Shown piece by piece: positions 49,301-58,515 of a stretch of DNA of 64,000 bases. This DNA comes from an uncultured Acidobacteriota bacterium (lineage in GTDB: Bacteria; Acidobacteriota; UBA6911). The notes beneath the pieces were generated by a model. That model searched no databases, was not told the origin of the DNA, and was given only the letters and a program-made list of their open reading frames with translations. The DNA is taken from contig CAWJKZ010000011.1 of the NCBI GenBank assembly GCA_963843575.1, forward strand, positions 32,001 through 96,000, read 5' to 3'. Each line of letters starts with the position of its first letter. Position 1 is the first letter of the stretch. A program made the position numbers and the translations under genes.

Positions 49301-50775
49301 CCCGGCGCATGTACCCGATCTACTTCCCCCGGGTGGTCGCCTTCCCGGGGAGCTTTACCGGGATCGCCATCTCCAACCGGACGTCGTTCCCGGTCCAGGT
49401 AATTTACCGGCTGTACGACAACGAAGGGAATCTCGTGCTGGGGTCCGGGATCACCAACCCGTTTTCCCTGACCCTCGCGCCCGGCGAGCAGTGGCCGCTC
49501 CTCAGCACCCAGATCTTTGACGTCCCAAGCGGGAACACGCCCGGCTGGGTGGAGGTGCAGGCCACAAGCCCCGACGTGCGCGCGTTCTACCTGTACGGCG
49601 CCGACGACCTCTCGTTCCTCGACGGGGCCGACGTCAGCGGCGACACCATGACGGATTTCGTCTTCCACCGTGTCCAGGACGACGGCGACACCTATTTCAC
49701 AAGCTTGAGCCTCGTTAACCCCAACGCGACCGACGCCGCGATCACGGCCGACCTCCGGGACACCACAGGGAAAGTCGTGGCCACCCGGAGCCTGACGCTC
49801 GGCGCCAGGAAGCGGATCGTGAAGCTCGTGAGAGACCTGTTCCCCGGCATAACCAGCCATCCCGGAGGTACGATCCGGGTGCGGTCCAACGTGGGTCTCG
49901 TCGGATTCGAACTCTTCGCCACCGAGGCGGTCGACTTCGGCGGGATGAACCCGCAGCGCACGACCGACACCGCAAGTTCCATCTCCTTTGCGCAGATGGC
50001 GACCAAGGGAGGGTGGTACACCGAGGTTTCGCTGACGAACCCGAACGCCTTCCCGGTGACGGTCGAGCTGAAGGCGCTGCGGGACTCGGGCGACATCATC
50101 CCGGCCTCAGGCAATCCCCGGACGGTTCAGATCCCCGCCTGGGGCCAGTACAACGCCGAGGCTTCCCAGATCTTTGGGTTTGCCGGCAGCGAGGCCAGGG
50201 TGGGATACGTCGTGGCGAAGGTCGTGTCGGGCAGCGGAGGGATTTTCGGCCACGCCGCGTTCGGCACGACCAACGGCATGTCGCTCGCTGCGTTGCCGGT
50301 CCAGACCAGGGGAAGCCGGACGATGGTGTTCTCCCAGGTGGCGCAGGGCGGCGGTTTCTCTACCGGCCTCACCCTGCTGAACCCCGACACGGTGTCGGAG
50401 GCGCTCGTGACCACGGAAGTGTTCGACGCGGACGGCCGTTCGCGCGGGTCGTGGACCGAGACCTTCAAGGCTGGGGAGAAGAAGGCGCGCGTCATCAACC
50501 AGATCGTGTCCGGGGTGGTCGACCAGTCGTCCGGCTACATCGTCGTGAACGCGGATCGACCCATGATCGGGTTCGAGTTGTTCTGGGGGCTGGACGATCA
50601 GTACGGGGTGGCGTTCCTGGCGGCGGTTCCGCCCCAGGTGTCCTCCGGGATCGGCGCCCCGGATGCGCCGCTCCCGATGCGGTCGCAGGCGCAGGCCCGG
50701 TCGATCCGGCTGCGGCGCAGCCCGCCGTCGTCGTCGCCGGCGACCACGCTCCACCGCGCCATCTCGAGGAAGTGA
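46318..50775 (+). CDS. Secreted S8 subtilisin-like protease with IPT, PPC-like, FN3-like and C-terminal four-repeat domains
   Basis: Catalytic triad VIDTG, HGTHV, GTSMASP; insertion between SAGNEG and PGTA; YEPND PPC-like region. Confidence 0.9.
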   Translation: MDQRFRSPIRSVLIALALSLLLFRSGPAQTDQAKLSGMLRLIQEKYSALREGPSAGREFRSDSAVRALAGVVSIDLAGAEPVIPVAVVVRDNGVEVRQQGYAVVAQIGDVLTTRVPASRLAHLAGLPSVVFVEASTIQRPLVHDVSVPETKAVQARQAFNLTGKGVLVGVIDTGIDWRHDDFRTADGKTRIKFLWDMSDKRGPEPADVPGGGGTVYTEAQINAALSGSGTVAEVDRVGHGTHVTGSSAGNGRAAGGGFSPGTFTGVAPEAAIVFVKGIRSDSSGFALDDQIAALRFIDNRARELDMPYVVNMSLGGHYGPHDGTAANERAIDNLIGPGIAGKVVCISAGNEGADDIHAGGTLGPGASDAVGFNVPSNKTLALLDLWYAGAGTFEVTVTTPTGLSTDTITPGGNFHGTAPDGTVVDIESLATNPLNNARNLTVVVTHSDANTAILPGEWSVRLRNTSGASARFDAWLIGRASFIDHVDPSRRVGMPGTARNAITVASYVTKTRWTDIDGVARDYRGWGPAFDAGQSEKSPFSSPGPTRDGRQKPDISAPGQAIVSANSADAEQERSMILPDGGKHQVMQGTSMASPHVTGVVALLLQASPRMDAAQVKDLITRTARADDFTSRVPNSDFGYGKIDAYEAARAIVGNAGTSPPVSDPVIASLDPSSIEQGTTVHMLVNGSNFTGTLAASVTPSAGIAVNQVGLVSSTRVELTLAVASGATAGNYQLTLTADGRRSNPGLFRVVAPDAPSTDPNDGYEPNDTLDDAKPLPGDGIVRGRISPRSDVDVFKFAATQGRKVTVDVDASTLSPSSTLDSIIGIFDAFGNLLDFNDDDGRSLDSHLEWTPSVTTTYYVVVASYSSSEEGPTSSGNFVLRLTGHAGDVRRDSTAPSLDAGDIWVPEFLNRKDELFASWYAFDNESGIDHYEYAVGTSPGASNVVPFTRTGNWSVVLRGLNLSDGGSYYFAIRAVNGAGLAGPLAIADAIRIDTTRRMYPIYFPRVVAFPGSFTGIAISNRTSFPVQVIYRLYDNEGNLVLGSGITNPFSLTLAPGEQWPLLSTQIFDVPSGNTPGWVEVQATSPDVRAFYLYGADDLSFLDGADVSGDTMTDFVFHRVQDDGDTYFTSLSLVNPNATDAAITADLRDTTGKVVATRSLTLGARKRIVKLVRDLFPGITSHPGGTIRVRSNVGLVGFELFATEAVDFGGMNPQRTTDTASSISFAQMATKGGWYTEVSLTNPNAFPVTVELKALRDSGDIIPASGNPRTVQIPAWGQYNAEASQIFGFAGSEARVGYVVAKVVSGSGGIFGHAAFGTTNGMSLAALPVQTRGSRTMVFSQVAQGGGFSTGLTLLNPDTVSEALVTTEVFDADGRSRGSWTETFKAGEKKARVINQIVSGVVDQSSGYIVVNADRPMIGFELFWGLDDQYGVAFLAAVPPQVSSGIGAPDAPLPMRSQAQARSIRLRRSPPSSSPATTLHRAISRK

Positions 50776-50857
50776 TGGAGTGCGGCGCCTCGGCGCCATC
50801 CCGGTTTGCGACGTTACGATGCCCGCCCTGCGGGCGGCGCCGAGGCGCCGGACTCCA
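50776..50857. repeat. REP family A inverted doublet between convergent genes
   Basis: TGGAGTGCGGCGCCTCGGCGCC ... GGCGCCGAGGCGCCGGACTCCA. Confidence 0.82.
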
Positions 50858-50860
50858 CAC

Positions 50861-52320
50861 CTACGCTTCGGAGTCCGGCTCTTCCGGGAAGAGGCCGTGG
50901 TCTGTTTTTCCCAGTAGTGCGGGCGGCGCATGAGCTGCAGGAATCCCTTCCAGGCCGCGATGGAAATCAACACCCAGTAGAACGGGCTGGCCAGTGCAAA
51001 CAGTACGTAGCTGAAACCAAGGTGGCGCCTCAGGCACCCCATCACGTTGAAAGCGATAAACAGGAAGTTCGCCAGGATGAGCACCGAGGTCACCGACGGC
51101 TGCAGGACCTCCCTGAAGTCGATCGCGCCCCAGTCTGCGCGGACCAGATCTACGATCGCCACCGCCCAGAACACCGGGTTCACCAGCATCACCAGCGCAT
51201 GACCCCCGACGGACATGAGGAAGCTGAACGAACCGGCGAGCCCCAGCTCGCGCAGCGCGCGCCACGGCCGGCGGCTGTGCACCATGTGGGTTTGCAGGTA
51301 GCCTTTGACCCAGCGCGAGCGCTGACGAACCCAGTTGCGCAGCCGGGAGTTGGCCTCCTCCCACGTGGTCGTGTCCAGCATCGCGGTGCGGTAGCCCAGG
51401 CGATGCAGCCGGATGCCGAGGTCGCAGTCTTCGGCGACATTGAAGGGATCCCAGCCCCCGACCTCCTCGAGTGCCTTGCGGCGCAGGTGGTTCGAGGTTC
51501 CACCGAGCGGGATCGGGAACTTCAGACGGTAGAGCCCCGGCAGATAAAGATCGAACCAGGACGCGTATTCCATCGTGAACCAGCGGGTCAGCAGGTTCTG
51601 GCCCGGATTGTAGTAGCTCAGCTTCGCCTGCAGGCAGATGACGCGCTCGGGGAGGCGCCGGAAGGCGACGGCGGCCTTCTTGAGCTGATCGGGTTCGGGG
51701 CGGTCTTCGGCATCGTAGATAACGAGAAACTCACCCTTGGCCTCGCGGAGTCCCCAGTTGCAGGCCTTCGGTTTGGTGCGCGGCTGCGTGTCGGGGACTT
51801 CGATGACCCGGAAATACGGTGGCAGCGGCACCTGGGCCAGCGCGTCGCGGGTGAGCTGGTCGTCCTGCTCCAGCAGGAGCAGGACCTCGATCCTGTCGCG
51901 CGGGTAATCCAGCCGGTTGAGGTAGCGGACGGTCTTGGCGGCCACTTCCGGCTCGTGGTACAGGGGCACGAGTACCGTGTAATAGGGCCAGCCCGAAGCG
52001 CCCCCCCAGCGCAGGTCTTGCCGGCGCAAGACGATTTCCGGGTGTCCGAAGAGCGCCAACCCCACCGAGAGCGTCCGGAATAGGATGACCGCCAGGTAGA
52101 ACCCGTAAAACAAATAGAGGAAGTCCGTGGAAGCCAGCCAGTCCCAAACCGAGAAGGCGACGAGCACCACCAGGACGGCAAAGTAGAAAGCCCGCTCCCC
52201 GGCAGTCCACGTCCTCTCGGCCGACTGGCCGGGATGCCGCGCGAGAAAGTCCGCCGTGGTCTGGTCACCCCAAGCGGGCGCCGTCCGGGCGGGCTGTGCA
52301 TCAGGAGTCTGCGAAATCAT
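50861..52320 (-). CDS. Processive-type GT2 membrane glycosyltransferase; frameshift near 50907, true stop probably 50861
   Basis: YTVLVPLYHE, TKPKACN, YDAED, AEDCDLG, QRSRWVKG (QxxRW); adding one A gives the family-typical WEKTDHG end. Confidence 0.88.
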
Positions 52321-52451
52321 GGCACACGATAATAATCACCGACCGCGCTTTGCGGAAACGAAAATGCGGTTCAAGAGGGTGACTGAGCCCCTGTTTCATG
52401 CGAAAATCTCTGTTCCGCCAGTTGCGAAGTACGTCCCTGGAGTCGCACACG

Positions 52452-55208
52452 ATGATGAAGAGGTCTGTCGCGCCCGCGTTTCTGATCCTTGCCTGTCTCG
52501 CGTTCGAGGCACGGGCCGCGGAAACGGCCAATCCCGACGCGCTGCCCCAGGCTCGAAGCATCCTCGAGTACCTGTCCCGCCTGCCGGCGCGGCATGACCG
52601 TCGCGTCGTCTCCGGCCGGCAGATCGCGGGTTCGGCGACCCTCGACGCACAGTTCAGCCGGACGGCCATCATCGGGGCCGACTACGGCTACCCCAAGGGT
52701 TCCGCCCCGGGGGCGCCGCCGCCCGCCTGGCGGCAACTGAACCGCGTCCTGATCGACCACTGGAAATCCGGCGGGCTGGTCACCGTCAGCTTCCTCGCCA
52801 GGAACCCCTGGACGGGCGGGACCGCCTGGGACACCCAGGCACGAAACCTCGACGAAATCCTGTCGCCTGGGACCGCGGCCAATGCCGCCTGGATGAAGGA
52901 ACTCGACCGGGTCGCCGAGGGATTGGCCGAGCTGCGCGACGCCGGGGTTGTCGTCCTGTGGCGGCCGCTGCACGAGATGAACGGCGATTGGTTCTGGTGG
53001 GGCCGGCGGCCGTCCGAAGAGTTCCGGCGCGACGGGATCGTCAACCTCTGGCGGCACATGTTCGACTACTTCACCCGCACGAAGAAGCTGAACAACCTCC
53101 TGTGGGTCTACTCGGCGGCGTCCTCCTCGCACCGGAACATGTCCGCCACCGCTTATTTCCCCGGGAGCGAATACTGCGACATCGTCGGGCTCGACTGCTA
53201 CTCGACCGACCTGGTCTGGGACGGGTACAGCGAGATGGTGCAACTCGGGAAGCCCTTCGGCGTGACCGAACTCGGGCCGTCGCCGGAGGAAGCTGGGGGG
53301 CTGGACGGCGGCAGGCTCATGAAGGCGATCCGGTTGTGGTATCCCCTGACGTCGTTCTTCGTTGCCTGCGGCGAGGGCTGCGCAATCCTCGACGGCCCGG
53401 GCGGCGCCGGGGTGATGGGGGACTCGTGGACCGTCGCGCGTGAGGAGCTCGGGTGGGCCGTGCCGGGGTTTCGCCGTTGGAAGAAGGCACAGCCGCTGGC
53501 GGTCGACAGGGTCGAGGTCCTAACGACGTCCCCGGCCTGCTGGAAGCGCGTTGACCTCCGGATCGATCTGAGGGCGACCTTCGAGACGCCCTTCGATTCG
53601 GACCAGATCCAGGTGGACGCCCTGCTTACGACCCCCTCCGGCAAGAAGATGACGGTGCCCGCCTTCTTCGACCAGCCGTTCGAGCGCCACGTCTGGGGCG
53701 GCGGCCGGTTCAGCGAGGAAGTGATGGTGGAGGCGGGGCCTCCCGAGTGGCGCGTTCGCCTCATGCCGTCCGAACCGGGCGAGCACCGGGTCGTCATACG
53801 CGTACGGGACCGCACCGGGTCGGTCGAGTCGCAGCCCGTCGTTTTCACGGCGCGGGCGGCCCCCGGTCCCGGCTACATCCGGGTGTCGTCGAAGGATCCA
53901 CACTATTTCGAGTTCGACGACGGGACGCCTTTTTTTGCCATCGGGATGAACATCGTGGAGCACCCGCTGTCGGAGTACTACCGGTACATCCCGCAGCTGG
54001 CGGAAAACGGCGGCAACTTTTCGCGGCTGTGGATCGGGTTCGAGTACTTCGGGCTCGAACTCGGCACCATGGGCGACTACCGGCTCGACAGCGCCTGGCG
54101 CCTCGACCGGGTCATGGAGCTATCCGAACGCTACGGCGTCTACCAGAAGCTGTGCATCGAGTGGATCCGCTACATCACGCCGCGCGGGGAGCCTCGGCAT
54201 TTTTTTGACCCGCCGGAGAACGCCTACATCACCGCCAACGGCGGTCCGTGCCGCGACATGAAGGATTTTTTCACCTCGGGGGAGGCCCGGCGCCTTTTCA
54301 AGAACCGTTTGCGCTACATCGTGGCGCGCTGGGGCTACAGCCCGAACGTCATGGCCTGGGAACTGTGGAACGAAATCGACCTGGTCGATCCGAAAGCCGC
54401 CGACACTTCGGTGATCGTGCCGTGGAACCGCGAGATGGGCCGCTACCTCAAGTCCATCGACCCGTGGCAGCACCTGACCACGAACAGCATCGCGGGCCGG
54501 AGCATGGGGCAAGCGCTGTGGTCCCTCGACGAGAACCAGTTCGCACAGCGGCACGGCTATGCGACGCCCAGCCCGCGGGCTGTGCAGGCGCACGCCGACA
54601 TGGCTGCCAACGTCCTCCAGTGGCTGGACGACGTCTCGGAGTTCAACAAGCCGTACCTCATGGCTGAGTTCGGGCTGCAGCGCGACCGCATGGAGATCCG
54701 GGCCCTCTGCGACCGCGACCGCGAAGGGATCCACATGCACAACGGACTCTGGGCGGCGCTGGCGCACGGCTCGGCGGGGACTGCGCAACTGTGGTGGTGG
54801 GGCCAGTACGTCGACCCGAAGAACCTCTACTCCCATTTTCGCGCGGTGGCCGATTTCACCAGGGGCATACCGTGGACGACGGCAGGGTTCAGAAAGGCGC
54901 AGATTGTGACCCCCGGAGACAACCTCCGGGCAGTCGGGCTGCGCGGCGACGCCGTTTCGATCCTCTGGCTGCAGAACACCGCCCACACCTGGTGGAACGT
55001 GGTCAACGAGACCCCGATCCCTCCGGTCGCGCCCGGCGAAGTGAGGATTGACGGGTTCCCGGCGGGTAGCTATCGGGTGGAGTACTGGAACACTTACACG
55101 GGTGTGATCGAGTCGACGACGACCGCCGTCGCCGCCGGGGGGAGCCTGCGTGTACCCACCCCCCTCATCGCGACCGACATCGCCGTGAAGATTTTGGCGA
55201 CCAAGTGA
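52452..55208 (+). CDS. Bi-catalytic glycoside hydrolase: GH26 + DUF5060-like + GH5-like domain
   Basis: WRPLHEMNGDWFWWG and KPFGVTELG (GH26); PFD..F.TPSGK..PAFF..WRVRL.P (DUF5060-like); AWELWNE and KPYLMAEFG (clan GH-A). Confidence 0.8.
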   Translation: MMKRSVAPAFLILACLAFEARAAETANPDALPQARSILEYLSRLPARHDRRVVSGRQIAGSATLDAQFSRTAIIGADYGYPKGSAPGAPPPAWRQLNRVLIDHWKSGGLVTVSFLARNPWTGGTAWDTQARNLDEILSPGTAANAAWMKELDRVAEGLAELRDAGVVVLWRPLHEMNGDWFWWGRRPSEEFRRDGIVNLWRHMFDYFTRTKKLNNLLWVYSAASSSHRNMSATAYFPGSEYCDIVGLDCYSTDLVWDGYSEMVQLGKPFGVTELGPSPEEAGGLDGGRLMKAIRLWYPLTSFFVACGEGCAILDGPGGAGVMGDSWTVAREELGWAVPGFRRWKKAQPLAVDRVEVLTTSPACWKRVDLRIDLRATFETPFDSDQIQVDALLTTPSGKKMTVPAFFDQPFERHVWGGGRFSEEVMVEAGPPEWRVRLMPSEPGEHRVVIRVRDRTGSVESQPVVFTARAAPGPGYIRVSSKDPHYFEFDDGTPFFAIGMNIVEHPLSEYYRYIPQLAENGGNFSRLWIGFEYFGLELGTMGDYRLDSAWRLDRVMELSERYGVYQKLCIEWIRYITPRGEPRHFFDPPENAYITANGGPCRDMKDFFTSGEARRLFKNRLRYIVARWGYSPNVMAWELWNEIDLVDPKAADTSVIVPWNREMGRYLKSIDPWQHLTTNSIAGRSMGQALWSLDENQFAQRHGYATPSPRAVQAHADMAANVLQWLDDVSEFNKPYLMAEFGLQRDRMEIRALCDRDREGIHMHNGLWAALAHGSAGTAQLWWWGQYVDPKNLYSHFRAVADFTRGIPWTTAGFRKAQIVTPGDNLRAVGLRGDAVSILWLQNTAHTWWNVVNETPIPPVAPGEVRIDGFPAGSYRVEYWNTYTGVIESTTTAVAAGGSLRVPTPLIATDIAVKILATK

Positions 55209-55306
55209 TAGGTAAGTCTTAGGGGGACAATCTTTGGGATACTTAGTACCCCATTTCGCAAGTACGCTAACGCATTCTTGGGATGGAGCTGGTCACCGAT
55301 TGACAA

Positions 55307-55581
55307 CAGCAGAACGCGGATCTTCGCGGATTTTGCGGATTCACGCGGATCGGCCGCGCCCGGCATTCCTCCCCGAGGGCCGGCGCTTCGCGCCGATGCA
55401 TCAAAGCCCGGCTCCCGCAGGAAAGCGCGCGGTTGGAAGGATGCCGCTTCGATTCAAGGTCCACGTTTTCCTGCGGGAGCCGGGCTTTGATGCGTGCCAA
55501 AGGCAGCCCTCGGGGAGGAATGCCGGGCGCGGCCTGCCACCAGGCAGCAATCCGCGTGCATCCGCGATAATCAGCGTCCTG
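55307..55581. repeat. Repeat family D arms enclosing a 183-bp nested palindrome (55352-55534)
   Basis: Perfect 29-bp outer and 27-bp inner inverted repeats. Confidence 0.85.
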
Positions 55582-55607
55582 GAAACGTTACGGTGGAGGA
55601 GTATCGC

Positions 55608-56240
55608 ATGACGGAACGTGAACAACCGGGCCGGCTGGGGGCCGGGGACGCGCTGCAGGACTTGTGCCGGGTCTGCAAGGCCGTCCGTGCCCACACCGTG
55701 ATCGTCGTCGACGGCGAGGGCCGGCCGCTGCGCGTGATCTGCGATTACTGCGGCAGCCAGCACAACTATCGCGGCCCGGACCGGGAGGAGCCCCCCAGGG
55801 CACAACCCAGCCCGCCGGCTGCGGCTCTCGATCCGCTGGTCGCGGAGCGTGAAAGGAGATTCCCTGTGGCGAACATGAGCACGGACGACGGCGCACCCGT
55901 CGACCTCGAACTGCTGCTGAGGACGATCATACGTGAGGAGATCGGCCTGACCCCGGTGCCGATCGCGGAGAAGTGGCGGGGCGGCGACCTGATCCTCCGC
56001 CCCGGCAAAGCCGGTCTCCAGGAGAAGACCTGGCCGATTGACGTGTTTTTCCACAAGGTCGTGATGCTGAGAAACCGGTTGCGGGTTCTGGAGCAGCAGG
56101 TAAACGCGATGGACGTCCCGGAAGACCAGAAGATCAAGCTTCAGGGCTACATCTCCGGATGCTACGGAACGTTGACGAGCTTCAACGTGCTCTTTGCCGA
56201 GGAGAAAGAGCGGTTCCACGGCAGCGCGTCGGACGAGTGA
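55608..56240 (+). CDS. Hypothetical protein with N-terminal Zn-ribbon-like motif
   Basis: GGAGGAG RBS; CxxC..H..CxxC..H; C-terminal FFHKVVMLRNRLRVLEQ..YGTLTSFNVLF. Confidence 0.75.
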   Translation: MTEREQPGRLGAGDALQDLCRVCKAVRAHTVIVVDGEGRPLRVICDYCGSQHNYRGPDREEPPRAQPSPPAAALDPLVAERERRFPVANMSTDDGAPVDLELLLRTIIREEIGLTPVPIAEKWRGGDLILRPGKAGLQEKTWPIDVFFHKVVMLRNRLRVLEQQVNAMDVPEDQKIKLQGYISGCYGTLTSFNVLFAEEKERFHGSASDE

Positions 56241-56244
56241 TCGA

Positions 56245-56994
56245 TCAGGAAGCCGCGGCTTTCAGGACTTCGTCGACGAGACGGCGCATCCGCCGATAAT
56301 GCGAACCGTTCCAGTACACGCGGCCGCACCCCGGACACCTGTGGAACTCGTCGCACTCTTCCCGGCTACGCAACGGCACGAGATGGGCGACTTCGGTCTT
56401 GGACGCGGTCTCGAGGACGGCGTTGCAGACCAGGCAGCGGCTCAACGGCGACACGCAGCCGGTCAGGTCGAAACGCCTGACGACGTCGACCAGTTGTTCG
56501 CGCCAGCTCCTCTGCCGCACGTAATACCCGTGGGTCACCGCGGCGCGCATCAACAGGCCGCGGTCGCGGGTCAGGATGATGCGGTGCTCCGAGCCGGATA
56601 CTCGCACCAGCTCGTCATCGGAGTAGTCGCTTCGGAACAAGGCATCCAGCCCCAGGATCCTCAGGTAGCCAGCCAGCCTTCCCAGGTGGGCGTCCAGGAC
56701 GAACCGGGTCTGCCGCAGCGGCTGGGGCCGGACACGCGAGACTGCCGCGATGTCCAACGCTTCGAAGACCGGGTAGACGCTGATCTGATCCCCGTCGCCG
56801 GGGACAAATGAGAAATCGACCGATTCGTTGTTGACAAGGACGAGGTCGACCTCCGTGTGAGGGACCCCTGCCGCCTCGATGAGGTGTTTCAGGCTTTGCG
56901 GCCCTGCAAAGGAGTATGGAAATCGGAGCGCGCGTTTTCCCCTCGGCAGAAAATCGTTCAACTCCGCGTAGAAACGGAAGTAGACCGTGGTCAT
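56245..56994 (-). CDS. Ubiquitin-like (Ub-Mut7C) + Mut7-C PIN-like RNase domain protein
   Basis: FRFYAELNDFL, LIEAAGVPHTEVD, FVLDAHLGRLA..LRILG.D, ILTRDR, CxxC..CxxC Zn ribbon, YWNGSH. Confidence 0.9.
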   Translation of the reverse strand: MTTVYFRFYAELNDFLPRGKRALRFPYSFAGPQSLKHLIEAAGVPHTEVDLVLVNNESVDFSFVPGDGDQISVYPVFEALDIAAVSRVRPQPLRQTRFVLDAHLGRLAGYLRILGLDALFRSDYSDDELVRVSGSEHRIILTRDRGLLMRAAVTHGYYVRQRSWREQLVDVVRRFDLTGCVSPLSRCLVCNAVLETASKTEVAHLVPLRSREECDEFHRCPGCGRVYWNGSHYRRMRRLVDEVLKAAAS

Positions 56995-57013
56995 TCCGGT
57001 ATCAATACCCCTG

Positions 57014-57089
57014 AGTGGGCCGCGTCGGCCCGACGCGGCCCCGGACATCTCACATCCGTCGCCGGCGGGGGCGAGCCGCCCCCGCCCAT
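57014..57089. repeat. REP family C copy
   Basis: AGTGGGCCGCGTCGGCCCGACGCGGCCC + GGCGGGGGCGAGCCGCCCCCGCC. Confidence 0.8.
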
Positions 57090-57091
57090 TG

Positions 57092-57830
57092 CTACCGGAG
57101 GAGCTCGTTGACCCGGACGGGGCGGTAGCCTTCGGCGGCCAGAAAATCGAGCAGCGCGGCGAAGCGGGTGTGGAACTTGTCAGCACGGCCGGGCCCGGAG
57201 CCGACGTGCAAGAGCAGGATGAAGCCGTTCAATCCGGCCGCGTCGCCGCGGGCGCGTGCAACGATGCTGTCGAATATGACGCGCGACGGGACGAAATTCG
57301 GGTCGCGCTCTTCGGCGTAGTCGGCGTTCGAGCGCGTCCCGGGGGTGAAGTTGATGAGCGTGAGGCCCATTTCAGCCGTCCAGTCGGCGACCTGCTGATT
57401 GTAGTGCTCGTAGGGGGGAAGGAAGTACCGCACTTCCGCCCTTTGCCTGCCCAGCTGCTCGATCTTCTCGAGGTTGGCCAGCAGGTCGTCGCGGAACTGC
57501 TCACGCGTGACCAGCAGTCCGCGGGAAGCGTCCCACGTGCAATACAGGAGGTGCTTGTCGGAGTGCGGGCCCAGGTAATGGCCTTCGCGGACGATACGCC
57601 GAAGGAGCGGCTGGAACCGGGAGTTTGCCAGAAAATCGCCGGTCAGGAAAAAGGAGGCCTTCCAGTGGTGACGATCCAGGTCGTTGAGGATTGTCTCGCC
57701 CCCCTCGCCGAACTCGTGGCCCGTGAACACCAGGGCGAGCGTCTTGTCAGCCGTGGGACCCCTTGTGATCACGGTCGCGGCGGGGAAGACCGCCGTGCAG
57801 CACAAGATCACGGCAACGCACCAGCGGCCA
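57092..57830 (-). CDS. Polysaccharide deacetylase (NodB-like); start uncertain
   Basis: KASFFLTG, GHYLGPHSDKH, FLPPYE, ILLLH; motif 1 reads VFTGH instead of TFDD. Confidence 0.75.
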
Positions 57831-57876
57831 AGGTGGGCGGGGCCGGCCCGCCCCCGCCCCCGCCCCAATTCCTGCC

Positions 57877-58437
57877 TCAAGACGGCCACAACCAGCCGAA
57901 GGTCCCGGCCGTCAGGAGCGCGTAGACGAGGCCGTCGAAGGTCGACTTGAGGGTGGCCTTCCACGAGCGCTTGTACCAGATCACGTTCTGCCAGAGTGAG
58001 AGCGAATACCCCACGAACGCGGTGCACCCGGCGAACCGGAAGACGGCGAGGTAGTAGGCGCCGGGGCCCAGGGCGCGGCCGGCAATATAGGCTGAAAAAA
58101 TCCCGACGACCACGCTGTAGACAAACCACAGCGAGAGGCTCGAGACCATCGAAGGGGGACCGCTTTTCATGACCGTCAGGCAGGCGACTGGCCCCTTCTG
58201 CATCTTGGCGACGAATTCCGGGCTGCCCAAGTCCTTGGGGCTTCCGGCGCAGGGGACCAGGTAGTCGCCTGGCGCGATGCCGAACTTGCGCAGCGCGTCC
58301 ATGACCTTGTCTTCGTCAGGGAGCTTGCCGAAGTCCGTGCGATGGTAGGGGAGCAGCATGTGAATGATGGAGCTGACCACAAATACGATTACCGCCGAGA
58401 GCAGGATCGGAATCCACAGCGAGGCTAAGGGGACCAT
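57877..58437 (-). CDS. Hypothetical membrane protein
   Basis: GGGAGG RBS; about four TM helices; high-GC3 codon use. Confidence 0.75.
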   Translation of the reverse strand: MVPLASLWIPILLSAVIVFVVSSIIHMLLPYHRTDFGKLPDEDKVMDALRKFGIAPGDYLVPCAGSPKDLGSPEFVAKMQKGPVACLTVMKSGPPSMVSSLSLWFVYSVVVGIFSAYIAGRALGPGAYYLAVFRFAGCTAFVGYSLSLWQNVIWYKRSWKATLKSTFDGLVYALLTAGTFGWLWPS

Positions 58438-58515
58438 CGTAACCTCCCTATACTGGAGTGAAAGGCGACGTCCGCGACCGCAGGGGACATGCTACCACGC
58501 CTGCGTCCCGCGCGA

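Noticed and set aside
50107-50860. C-terminal extension of the GT2 ORF overlapping the S8 gene
   Set aside because: Explained by a missing A near 50907; the corrected frame stops at 50861.
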